A DNA stretch of 57,931 nucleotides from a virus (taxonomy: Duplodnaviria > Caudoviricetes). The stretch spans positions 1-57,931 of IMG/VR virus record IMGVR_UViG_3300027763_000069; one strand, written 5' to 3'. The notes beneath the pieces were generated by a model. The model saw only the letters and a list, made by a program, of their open reading frames with translations, made no database searches and was not told the origin of the DNA. Position numbers and translations under genes: made by a program. This document shows, one piece after another, positions 20,801 to 28,810 of the stretch (the first letter of the stretch is position 1; each line of letters begins with the position of its first letter).

Positions 20801-23800
20801 ATATTGATTGTTTGCTGATACTGTTCCTTTAAGACCAAATAACGACATATTACGGATTGTTGTGCCGTTTCTCATTAAGAACATGTTCTTTAAGCAATCA
20901 CCAGCATATACGGTCATGTTTCCTGAGCCATTACTAAATGACACTAGATTTCCGCTAGATGTAAATGTTTGTAGGATTCCGCTGAGTGTTGCATTAGATG
21001 CGACAAATATGTAGTTTTCCGCTAATGGATATCCTAAACATAAAGTAATATTAGCTACACTATTAACTTCTTGTGCAAAGTTATAGACATAAGTGTTGGC
21101 CGGAATTCCGGGACCAGTTATCTTCATACCAACTGCTAGTTGAGTAATATTAGATACGTTTGAAATAATGTTACTATTGTTAGTAGTACTACCTCTAAAA
21201 CTAAATGTAGGGCCATCGTTTATTTGTAATGATGTGCTGGTAATACTGCTGCCAACAATATAGTATGTTTGTCCCGATACTACTCCGCCAAAGGTAGTGC
21301 TTGCATTGTTAATGAAAGGACTAATGAACTGCATTGGCATTTGATCTGTTAATCCCACTGTACTATTAACAACCATAGTGTTTGATGTTATAGGGTTAGC
21401 ATTTGCTTCAATAGTTTGAGTGCAATAGAATGTCTTGCTTGTGATCGGTTGTACTACTGCACTACGTAGTTCGTCTCCGATAATCGATACGTTTTCTGGT
21501 ACAACGATCGGTAGCATTTCATTGTATGTGCCAGTCTTAACATATATTGATGCAGAGATACCTGTGTTGGATCCTGGAACACTATATGTATTTTGGTTAG
21601 TTAATGCTGTCAATACGATTGACATTAAACTTGATATTTCAGTTGCTGTTCCAGCTTCAGCAGTTAGTGTATTATCAATAATTTGATTAACAACTGCGCT
21701 TGGTGTAACGTTATTCAATAGTTGATAGTTTGTTGACACACTAGTGTTAGTTATAACGCTTTGCATTACACTTAACAAGTAGGTCAACGATGGGCTATAG
21801 TAAGCTACTGTAGATGCTACTAGACTGTTGATGAACTGTGTTTTACTGCCAACATAAAAATATGATAATGTAGCCGCAACAGTTTGACTATTGCCGCCAC
21901 GCTTCAGATCGTAAATGATTGCATCAATAATTCTTTCAGCATCTCTTTGAGTATAGTTTACATCCCATAGACTATCAGGACTAAACGGACTAATATTTTG
22001 ACTCATTTGATACAGCATCCATTGGTACATTTCTGCAACCATAAACGCTTTATTGTTCTTTAAAAGTGTTACTACATTAGTATAGTAAAATCCTTGATTG
22101 ATTTTATCACAGGCATATCTAATAGTCTGCCAAGGTTGGTCCCATGTGTTTCCGTATGATGCTATATCTTGGCCGGTAAATGTATCAACATAATAGACGG
22201 CTGGTACTACATTTAGTTTCTTCCAGTTAGGAACATCTGACATTACTCCCAACACATATGTATCAGTTCCAATCTCTACTGTACTAGGTCTGTTGTTTTT
22301 AAATGTTCTTAAATCTCCTCGTGCGTTTAAAGAGTTGTTAAGATCATGTGCTATTAATAAAATCCAATTGGCTGAAGTAATGTCGTAGTCTGGTCTATTA
22401 GTAGCCACAGGAGAAATATATGATGCTGTATTTTTATTCACGCAGACATATGTTCCGGTTGCCCAAGAAACTACATCACCTACGGAATATTGAGAGCCAA
22501 CAGTCCAGCGACTTGCCCACTGTTTGCCCGGTATTAGTAATGACCAGTAGTTAGAATTTAATCCTAAGAATGATAAAGTCTGTCCGTCAATGAGTGTGCT
22601 AGTTGGTGCGCTTGACAGAACAACAGAGTTTAAAGTTCCAGTAACAGTTGTTGAACTAACTGATTGTGCAGTACTAACTACCCATGATGTTCCTGAACCA
22701 GATACGATATAGCTACTAGAAATACCGGTTCCTGAAATAACCATGCCAACAGTAAATGTTCCGGTTACAGTTCCGCTTAATGTTAAAACGGTTCCGCTGG
22801 CCGGAGTAACAGTAGTAGTTCCCGAGCCGTATGCTCCTGGATTAGTAGCATAGGATAGTGTAATGCTAGTAGTAGAACTTGCTGTACAACTAAATGTTCC
22901 GTTGAAGGATGTATTGCTATTTCCTGCTATAATATATTGCACATTTGTTGACGGCGCAGACGACTGCGTTGGAATAGCAAATGCCACAGCGTATGAGCTT
23001 GGAACTTTTGATGTAAATGAACTAGCTGTAATAGTTGCTACAACAGATGTTAGTGTAGTAGTACCTGTACCATATGATCCAGGATCCGTTGGATAGCTTA
23101 GAGTAATACTAGACGTAGAACTTGCTGTCGCTGTAAAAGATCCGTTATATGAACTATTACTGTTTCCTGCTACAGTATAAGAAATACCAGTGCTAGGTGC
23201 TACGCTTTGAGCTGGAATAGCCAAGGTTACTAGATACGGGCCATTGGCGGTTGCAGAAGTAAAGGAAACAATAGTTATTGGCGTTCCAGTAATCTTTCCT
23301 GTTGCTGATGCTGTTGAAGTAGATACTGATGATACTCGTTGACCGCTAGTCAAGCCGGTACCAGCTACTATCATACCAGGACTAATGCTAGTGCTAGATA
23401 AAAGATTTATTGTTTTTCCCGAGCTTCCGCTGGCAATATAACTCTTAGTTAAAGTGCTAGTGTTTGGGTCTTGGGCAGTATTTCTTGCAGTTGCTTCATA
23501 TAAAACGCCATTGCGTGAAACTAAATCGCCAGGAGCGTAGGCAGTAGCAGAACTCCAGTCATTTCTTACAGTATAACCAACGTTAAATAATCCCCAATTA
23601 GTGTCGTCTGTGTTTGGAAAATTATTTAAATTATTTGCTGTTTTAGAAATGTATGCATCGCCACCATATATAATTGTGTCACCAAGTTGATATGTTACTG
23701 AGCTTGTCCACATTACATCGGACATTTGTCCAGGAATCCATAGCGTAAAGTTGCTAGTATTTAAATTTGAACTAGCTGTATGGAACTGTGTGCAGATGTA

Positions 23801-24388
23801 AATGTTTGCATCAACCTTAACTAGGTCATTAAGTTTATATCGGGCACCATTGGTCCACGCTCCCTTGTACTCAACACCAGAATAGTATACTGCCCATGAT
23901 GATTGATTTGCTTCAAGACCTAAAACAGTTGATGAGGCACTTGTGTGGTTAGCAATACATTTATAAACAATACCTCCGTATTTTACAACATCGTTAACTC
24001 CGTATGCGGTATTAATGTTCCAGCTTGGATTCCAACCTTCAAACTCAGTGTAGACTGTCCAGTTTGCCGTATCTGCGGCAAATGTAGAACTAAGGTGTGC
24101 TACTGTAGAAGCATAGGCTTTACCACCAAATATAACAATATGGCCAACACCGTATGAATAATTTGATTGCCAAGGACCGACCCAAGTTTTACCGTCGAGC
24201 ATTATTGCCCAGCGAGGGAAAATATTATACAAATCTGTATAAAAATTTGCACTTGCGGTATTTGGAACTAGGCAAGTATATGCTTTTCCGTCATTAATAA
24301 CTATGTCGTCTCGTGCGTATTCTGTACCAGGAGTCCATGTGCCTGCCCAGTTGTAGCGTAGTCTACCTAGTTTAAATTCTGCTGCCAT
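14831..24388 (-). CDS. Giant (3185 aa) mosaic fibre/adhesin-like virion protein, paralogue of 4710..14783
   Basis: Same N-terminus (EFKLGR), CBM-like repeats, beta-helix segments and C-terminal HDFLxxGTG..NYPY..FxTSTDxxGNFxVG domain; additional LamG and carbohydrate-binding-like inserts. Confidence 0.85.
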   Translation of the reverse strand: MAAEFKLGRLRYNWAGTWTPGTEYARDDIVINDGKAYTCLVPNTASANFYTDLYNIFPRWAIMLDGKTWVGPWQSNYSYGVGHIVIFGGKAYASTVAHLSSTFAADTANWTVYTEFEGWNPSWNINTAYGVNDVVKYGGIVYKCIANHTSASSTVLGLEANQSSWAVYYSGVEYKGAWTNGARYKLNDLVKVDANIYICTQFHTASSNLNTSNFTLWIPGQMSDVMWTSSVTYQLGDTIIYGGDAYISKTANNLNNFPNTDDTNWGLFNVGYTVRNDWSSATAYAPGDLVSRNGVLYEATARNTAQDPNTSTLTKSYIASGSSGKTINLLSSTSISPGMIVAGTGLTSGQRVSSVSTSTASATGKITGTPITIVSFTSATANGPYLVTLAIPAQSVAPSTGISYTVAGNSNSSYNGSFTATASSTSSITLSYPTDPGSYGTGTTTLTSVVATITASSFTSKVPSSYAVAFAIPTQSSAPSTNVQYIIAGNSNTSFNGTFSCTASSTTSITLSYATNPGAYGSGTTTVTPASGTVLTLSGTVTGTFTVGMVISGTGISSSYIVSGSGTSWVVSTAQSVSSTTVTGTLNSVVLSSAPTSTLIDGQTLSFLGLNSNYWSLLIPGKQWASRWTVGSQYSVGDVVSWATGTYVCVNKNTASYISPVATNRPDYDITSANWILLIAHDLNNSLNARGDLRTFKNNRPSTVEIGTDTYVLGVMSDVPNWKKLNVVPAVYYVDTFTGQDIASYGNTWDQPWQTIRYACDKINQGFYYTNVVTLLKNNKAFMVAEMYQWMLYQMSQNISPFSPDSLWDVNYTQRDAERIIDAIIYDLKRGGNSQTVAATLSYFYVGSKTQFINSLVASTVAYYSPSLTYLLSVMQSVITNTSVSTNYQLLNNVTPSAVVNQIIDNTLTAEAGTATEISSLMSIVLTALTNQNTYSVPGSNTGISASIYVKTGTYNEMLPIVVPENVSIIGDELRSAVVQPITSKTFYCTQTIEANANPITSNTMVVNSTVGLTDQMPMQFISPFINNASTTFGGVVSGQTYYIVGSSITSTSLQINDGPTFSFRGSTTNNSNIISNVSNITQLAVGMKITGPGIPANTYVYNFAQEVNSVANITLCLGYPLAENYIFVASNATLSGILQTFTSSGNLVSFSNGSGNMTVYAGDCLKNMFLMRNGTTIRNMSLFGLKGTVSANNQYQTARPTGGSYTSLDPGTGPNDTSAWIIRKSPYAQNLTVFGDGSTGIKIDGTLHNGGSKSIVSNDYTMVISDGIGIWCTGPGAITEAISVFSYYCYAGYFAEAGGRIRSANGNSSYGTFGVVSEGYDLTEVPLTGTVNNQSQQVQAGVISAFGTSDQLLKLNYSNAGSAYYNPTTNMLKWSNEFLTVWTNDANVSFIKNNIAPTGYTEAWLLTGSTSTPGTGYIQQSIAINPAGYSYTNISGVTQDGAPGNGATFDIKVTPAGYVVTVNTAGTLYQTGNNILISGSQLGGLDITNDLTIVVGNLSGTGISTIDATSGTVPAGSSQSFTLSMYVYAGNSASIDMQAVFSGATTVTSGINYNVSSHTVTPYSGTSITNSANGGTLPASYGAQKTLVTGWYRVWMSINDSTGVNTSLTYKFFPQGANAPIANTYSIIYGAQLEVSSVEVLPEFYLETTTNRFTAYANYQVVGAGAGAILSGEESRSQSVFNARIITDNNGFTGGAGYATSVNTAQEGNDYSIRLASTDQGLYNYLGMRIFVSSGTGAGQYGFVSYYNNSSGVDANGVTSKTALVLKETVDPVSVISSTYSATAALNLLTLSSGTDISTWYVNQAVQFIPTYYTTTATATSIDTVVVTATVGGVINTIAVPTASLALNMPVTFGAGSFNITEGYLYYIVDIDYDLDLIQLSTEISGNPIQLSTVASGSQTMTYPRYSGYIKAPTSNMVPNIDIQFTGVSLGGLSLGSTYYINDIIDANNFTVSTNKVTLTSVETVGGTTNTVRATTSSLVALNPVVFSGTIFDAAISPGTTYYISKIVDANNFNITNTIIRFTATQTEFSTNLIKVSDTTNFVVGNPIIFSGIPSGTTFGNIAPETVYYIQTINPSTNQITITLDKTNTFTLTNKDGLILARTCPEAISLGAGTGSMTLTSTGTRLVVTNSVGNISTMNGTFSTSLFGGINSYTRYFITAITPPGQGSSNTTLSISTSRAGTPITLATGVGNMQMAASGWDNITPGTPDVVTLDSTSSYIIEPKTTFSLPSYQQASGVVSSPLSNGASFSAVAYGNNYFIAVPTSGTKGAVSSNGTTWAPVSLPSTVNAWTGIAYGNSYWAALGTTTSGSNSVVAYSNSNGLGWRTSSLPTNSSWSKIAYGNGTFVAISSDNTRAAYSSNQGLTWTATSLPSSTPITGTGTPVISTTQQKFGISSLYLDGSSYVTVASDARFAYNKEDFTVEFFWRPTALGAQQVLIDQRSTSNDAAIYLEMNTSGNIRLFVNNAYQITSSVTCSAGSWNHVAVSRASGTTRLFVNGTLTPTTYTDANTYATRPIVIGASFTGATLATGYIDEVRVSRGVSRYTTTFTPTLQEFVSDANTTLLMHLNNTDASTAITSTIGSWVALTYGSGIFVAVNNNGQTAWSPDGITWNSSTLPTSNVILSGVTIIGSAGQFTCTTTTATQLVVGQSVVVSGPLTGDGTVTNGTYYISETNGKSSFTLAATYINAIQGTNPITTGAGSTTGLSFAVGGPAYTDVAFGNNKFVAIQSGRGLRSAISFDGVNWTQSATYMSATNLAYGQGVFVAVNANGTDAYSSEHGIYWKTRTLTYGSISAMVFGYSTSNIGLFATLTGDGSSSGNVTVISEGARAQGRPSIDSGVITAVSLWEPGSNYTSSPSVTFSDYNVSVTASITPRVGNGALANPTFINRGTGYNTTSTVVTITGNGYADTFQTGLNLIVKNLQSVPLVGSNLSIAGSSQIYKVTSASAVFGTTAPFIEATIQISPEMTTARSPNHGTAVELRQLYSQCRVTNHDFLLVGTGNRATANYPYTDITTAKINQQAVETNQGHVFYTSTDENGNFSVGGLFGVQQATGTVTLNATQFGLSGLETLSLGGIAVGSSSVVITQFSTDNTFAANSDAIVPTQRAVKSYLTGRLSQGGANTYTGNFIAGTVSIGAPNFIKSTVSNGLVGSAIKMANKVYINGKGVDGSMAALDMFMRSATKRGL

Positions 24389-24430
24389 TTTATATTTTTC
24401 CTTATCTCTCTATTACTTATCTGTTTGTTT

Positions 24431-24805
24431 TTAGCTGACAATTTGATCTTGCGAGTAAGGGTAAGATTTGTTAATTCTTACCACTAGCTCGCCTTGAGCA
24501 TTAATGTAGTAGTAGCAATCTTTACCGTCCCAACGATACTGATCAAATGCCAAGTTTGGGTACGGACGACTATGGTCCGATGCTAGTCTTCCGTCAAAGA
24601 AATCAATACCGTATTCAAAACTTTCAAAGTTATTGTCAGTTGATCCAGGCACGTTTAATGTGATAGTGTCCACATCTTTGATCTGATCAATCTTACTAAA
24701 ATACAATATATTATCGTCACCTCTGCGAAGTGCATAGAAAAATCTAGGATTGCCTTCACCTAATACTTCGTTTAAACTAATTTCGCCGCCAACATAGTAA
24801 GTCAT
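24431..24805 (-). CDS. Hypothetical protein (124 aa), probably virion-associated
   Basis: AAGGA SD; tightly packed in the late fibre operon; aromatic-rich; no family recognised. Confidence 0.7.
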   Translation of the reverse strand: MTYYVGGEISLNEVLGEGNPRFFYALRRGDDNILYFSKIDQIKDVDTITLNVPGSTDNNFESFEYGIDFFDGRLASDHSRPYPNLAFDQYRWDGKDCYYYINAQGELVVRINKSYPYSQDQIVS

Positions 24806-24816
24806 AATATATTCCT

Positions 24817-25161
24817 TTAAATAATCTCAACGTAGCTCATTACAAGATCTAAGCTGTCATCTATACTTGATGAGATTGTAATTGTAGTACTTGCACCTAA
24901 TACCAATTTCTCGCCACCATTAACTACTCGCAAACTTTGATTTGGTGGTACAAGAACATCTTTTATAAAATAAGCAGTCACAGGGCTACCGTTGTCTCCA
25001 GTAGGATCAGTTAGCTTAATGCTTGCTAACAAAATAGAGTTTGTTAGGTTAGACAAACTAAGACCAATAACCGTAGTCTTTGAACTTGCGCCAGTTGTTA
25101 GTACGTCCGTGTCCGTTGTGCCTAACTCAGACTTTAATACGTTTTTAAAATATGTTGCCAT
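24817..25161 (-). CDS. Small beta-rich virion protein (paralogue of 4332..4685 and 32412..32729)
   Basis: Pattern TTVIGLSLSN...ASIKL...FIKDVLVPPNQSL....EKLVL.....I.ISS shared with the two other small genes. Confidence 0.75.
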   Translation of the reverse strand: MATYFKNVLKSELGTTDTDVLTTGASSKTTVIGLSLSNLTNSILLASIKLTDPTGDNGSPVTAYFIKDVLVPPNQSLRVVNGGEKLVLGASTTITISSSIDDSLDLVMSYVEII

Positions 25162-25167
25162 GTTATG

Positions 25168-28100
25168 TTATCCAAAAATAATTGCAGAAGTTATACCTTG
25201 CATTTCAGCTTCCGCGGCTGTTATACCTGCATTCGCACCGGCAATTCCTGTCCAGAATTGTCCGGTCCATGTTTCAATTCTTTGATCAGTAGTATTAAAT
25301 CTCATCATACCCGGTTCTAATACTACTGGTCTTGATCCTGTATCACCTTTTGGAACTACAAATCCGCCAGTTCCGCCAATCTTAAAATATCCTGTTCCAG
25401 TGTGTATAATCTCAGTTATACTACCCAAAACTGTATTAGTAATTGTATTTCCTTGTATTCTAAAGTTTTCAATAGAAACTGTGCCACTTAATACTAAATC
25501 TGTTCCAGGAACTGTAGTACTTATCGTATTTCCGTCTATTAATATATTTTCAAACTGTCCAGTTCCTGTAACAGTTAGAGTTCCGTTAATATCGGTATTA
25601 CCGTTTTGTGTAAAGTCGCCAGTTTGTGTGTAATCACCGGTTTGATCCACTGTACCTGTAATATTAGTGTCTAGTAAAGTACTAGTTCCATTAACAGTAA
25701 CATCTTGCCCGAACTCAGCATCATTATTAGGAATAGAAATTATTCCGCCGTTTGATGATAATACTAAATCTGTGTTAGTTTCAGTTGTGGTAATTGTATT
25801 TTGACTTATGTTAACTAGTCCAATAGTTGACTGGTTAGCATACAAGTTATCCCAACGGAGATCACTGCGTCCTAGATCATATTCATCGGTTGTGCTAGGA
25901 AGAATATCACTGTTAACTCCTGCTACAAAATTTACAGTATCAGTGGTTTGATCACCTACTTGAATATTACCAGAAATAGTAATGTTGCCAGTAACATCTA
26001 AATTTCCTGCAATGTTTACATTATTAAGAAAGTTAATTTCATCAGTTGCTGACTCTACATTTATTGCGCCAGTAATGCTTTCAAACGTGTTACCTGATAA
26101 TCTCAAGTTACCAGTTTCTATCTTAGTGCCGTCAATGAAGGTAGTATTGCCACCGTTGGTAAATGTTATTCCGTTTTGAGAGTTAATAAAAAAGTTTGAG
26201 TTAGAAAACTCAATGCTTCCGTCTTGTTGATTAACATAGAATAAGTCGCCGATACGGAAATTGCCTTTGTGATCTACTGAGCTGTAGTATATTTTTGCTC
26301 CGCCTGTTTCTACTATTTCGTTATCTTGAATGACATGACTTATATCATTATCACTGCGTTTACCCACACCAATGTAGGCCAAGTTCTGTCCAATTAGATA
26401 TGCAACAACACCTAATCCCGCACCTTCAATGCCGTAGTTTCCGTAGACCGTTGCTGATCCAATAGCACGAACTTCTACACCAAAGTCGCTGTAGTCAACT
26501 AGATCAATCTTAGTAGCAGTAGCACCATTTGTACTATTACGTATATCCTGTATTAATACATTTTCATCTACAAATATAGTTGATGCGTTTGCGCCATCAA
26601 ATCTACTTAAGAATACTGTGTAGGTATCGCTTGATAAAATACTTGTGGGTGCTGTGAATGTTGTAGTATAACGTGCTACACCTTTACTAATTCTTACATC
26701 GTCTAAATATCCTAAAAACCCGCTGGCACCGTCAAACCGTGCTCCAATAGTTAATGGGCCTTGAATATAATTATTATTATCTGTATAGGTACTTCCGGTT
26801 TGTGTACCATTAATAAACATTTTTGTGCTTGTTCCTGATTTTGAAACAGCAATATGAGTCCATGTATTATTTGCAACAGCTGAGCTAGCTGTAATAACAT
26901 TAACAGCATTAACGTTAAATGTTGGTGTTCCAACTGCTGTTAGATAAAGTGTAGGCGCTAGTTGTGGTGCAGCCGAACGGAAATCAATTAATTGTTGGAT
27001 ACCGCCAGTCGTTCCAGTTTTATAAAACCATAGTTCAATAGTCCAGTTACCTGTGCCGTATCTAAAATCTGGGTGTGTTGGTACACTGGCATAATCGCCA
27101 GTTCCGTCTAAAGATAAACTTGCTGAGCCCCACTTCTTAACACTTGTAGAAAGTTTAGCATTGCCGTTTGCTACAATAGTTTTTCCGCCTCGAGCTGTTG
27201 CTGTTTGTAACCCTGCAACTTTACCAGTTAGATAAAGTTTACCATCTGTATCTTTAGCGGCAATAGTGCCACTAGCCAATACAGTGACTCCGTCAGTATC
27301 ATAGTAACTGATAGTATTACCAACATTAAATGTTCCTGTAGTGCCACTTAGCCGTAGAGCTGTTTTGCCCGCATTGGCAAATCCTGTAGCACCACTGTAT
27401 AGATACATGCCTTTATCAGCAAAGTAACTAAAACTGTTTAACCACTCAACGCGAACGCCGTTAGTTGCTATCAAACATTCTTGATTTGGTGTAAAGAACG
27501 TTACGCTATTGAATAAACAAGCGGCTTCTTTGCTTAGGATGTTAGCAACGCTACCGTCAAGTAGTATGCCTTTGCCTGCATCGTTACTGTCAAATCCGTA
27601 AGGATCTCCTGCACTAGTTACACTACCTCTGCTAATAACTGTAACATTTCTTACATAAGGGCTTTTTGTAGTTACTGTAAAGTTGTTAGCAAAACGGAAA
27701 GCATAACCAGTATTGTTTGTGCCGTTGTATCTATAACCTGTAATGGTTAGATCTTCAACCGTAGTTTCGCCGTTGAGTAAAAATGCATCTTTATCAACAG
27801 TAGCTACTGTAGGTTGAATAGTAACTGAACGTATACTTTTGCCCTTAACTACTACTCCTACTGGTACAGTTAATGGAAAAATTTCAGTGTATGTTCCTGG
27901 ATACAAGAATACAGTATCGCCGGCGCTTGCTGATGTTAGAGCTTTCTTTAAACTAGCATATGGGTCGTTTTGATGTGTTCCACTATATGTGTCGTTACCG
28001 TTTGTAGCAACATAGTAGATTTTGCCTTGTCTACGATTTAGCTGTACGCCGTCAACTGATAGATCAATTACTTCAACGCTGTCGGTATATAAAGTACTGG

Positions 28101-28689
28101 TATAAACATTGTTCCAACGCTTGTCTGAGCTACCTAGATTGTAAGTTTCAGTTTCATTAGGTATAATACTACTAGCAATATCAGCATTAAATGTAATATT
28201 GTCAGTGTTAGTATCACCAATAGTGATATTGCCGTCTGCTGTAATATTGCCCGTAGCATGTAGGTTACCGTGTACTGTAGTATCTGCATAGATTTCTACA
28301 GTGCCAAGGCCATCCGGGCGAAGTTCTAAGTTTTTATTAGTATCATTGGTTGAAATAATATTACCGTCAATGGTAACAAAATCAACTTTTAACTTATTTT
28401 GGTATACTATTGCGGCGCCATTAAATCCTGCTAGATTTAAAATGCCTGTTGAACTATCAACTGTATTACCTGAGATGGTAATATCACCAACATTTAAGTT
28501 GTCAGTTTCTAGATATATTGTTCTTGTTGTGCCGTTTACCTGTAGGTCATGTGTCGGAGCATCGGTATTCACGCCGATACGCATGTTGTTAACATCGAGA
28601 TATAGAAGGTCAGTCTCAAAGGCTAAGTTCACACCTTCGCGAAGAAGGTTTGCCTTTAAGAGCGGACCGGAAATTCGACCAATGGACAT
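25168..28689 (-). CDS. Fibre-like virion protein (1173 aa) with beta-helix and LamG domain
   Basis: GRISGPLLxANLLR N-terminus; YYVATNGND...PYASLKKAL..GDTVFLYPGTYTE.FPL beta-helix start; LamG insert; C-terminal VPKGDTGSRP..GMMRFNT motif; AGGAG SD. Confidence 0.85.
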   Translation of the reverse strand: MSIGRISGPLLKANLLREGVNLAFETDLLYLDVNNMRIGVNTDAPTHDLQVNGTTRTIYLETDNLNVGDITISGNTVDSSTGILNLAGFNGAAIVYQNKLKVDFVTIDGNIISTNDTNKNLELRPDGLGTVEIYADTTVHGNLHATGNITADGNITIGDTNTDNITFNADIASSIIPNETETYNLGSSDKRWNNVYTSTLYTDSVEVIDLSVDGVQLNRRQGKIYYVATNGNDTYSGTHQNDPYASLKKALTSASAGDTVFLYPGTYTEIFPLTVPVGVVVKGKSIRSVTIQPTVATVDKDAFLLNGETTVEDLTITGYRYNGTNNTGYAFRFANNFTVTTKSPYVRNVTVISRGSVTSAGDPYGFDSNDAGKGILLDGSVANILSKEAACLFNSVTFFTPNQECLIATNGVRVEWLNSFSYFADKGMYLYSGATGFANAGKTALRLSGTTGTFNVGNTISYYDTDGVTVLASGTIAAKDTDGKLYLTGKVAGLQTATARGGKTIVANGNAKLSTSVKKWGSASLSLDGTGDYASVPTHPDFRYGTGNWTIELWFYKTGTTGGIQQLIDFRSAAPQLAPTLYLTAVGTPTFNVNAVNVITASSAVANNTWTHIAVSKSGTSTKMFINGTQTGSTYTDNNNYIQGPLTIGARFDGASGFLGYLDDVRISKGVARYTTTFTAPTSILSSDTYTVFLSRFDGANASTIFVDENVLIQDIRNSTNGATATKIDLVDYSDFGVEVRAIGSATVYGNYGIEGAGLGVVAYLIGQNLAYIGVGKRSDNDISHVIQDNEIVETGGAKIYYSSVDHKGNFRIGDLFYVNQQDGSIEFSNSNFFINSQNGITFTNGGNTTFIDGTKIETGNLRLSGNTFESITGAINVESATDEINFLNNVNIAGNLDVTGNITISGNIQVGDQTTDTVNFVAGVNSDILPSTTDEYDLGRSDLRWDNLYANQSTIGLVNISQNTITTTETNTDLVLSSNGGIISIPNNDAEFGQDVTVNGTSTLLDTNITGTVDQTGDYTQTGDFTQNGNTDINGTLTVTGTGQFENILIDGNTISTTVPGTDLVLSGTVSIENFRIQGNTITNTVLGSITEIIHTGTGYFKIGGTGGFVVPKGDTGSRPVVLEPGMMRFNTTDQRIETWTGQFWTGIAGANAGITAAEAEMQGITSAIIFG

Positions 28690-28790
28690 GCGCTCTCCTA
28701 ATGACCCCGTGTTTCACGGTTAACCACCTTACATTGCGGGTTTACCACAGTTTGATATCGGGGGTTTATTGGTCAAACCCCTCAGTAATA
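28690..28790 (-). promoter_or_regulatory. Structured 5' leader (three hairpins, possible pseudoknot) downstream of late promoter CTAAATA (28792-28798)
   Basis: Stems GGGGUUU/AAACCCC, UGUGG/CCGCA and CCGUG/CACGG lie between the promoter and the AGGAG SD. Confidence 0.55.
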
Positions 28791-28810
28791 TTATTTAGCC
28801 GTTTGGGAAA

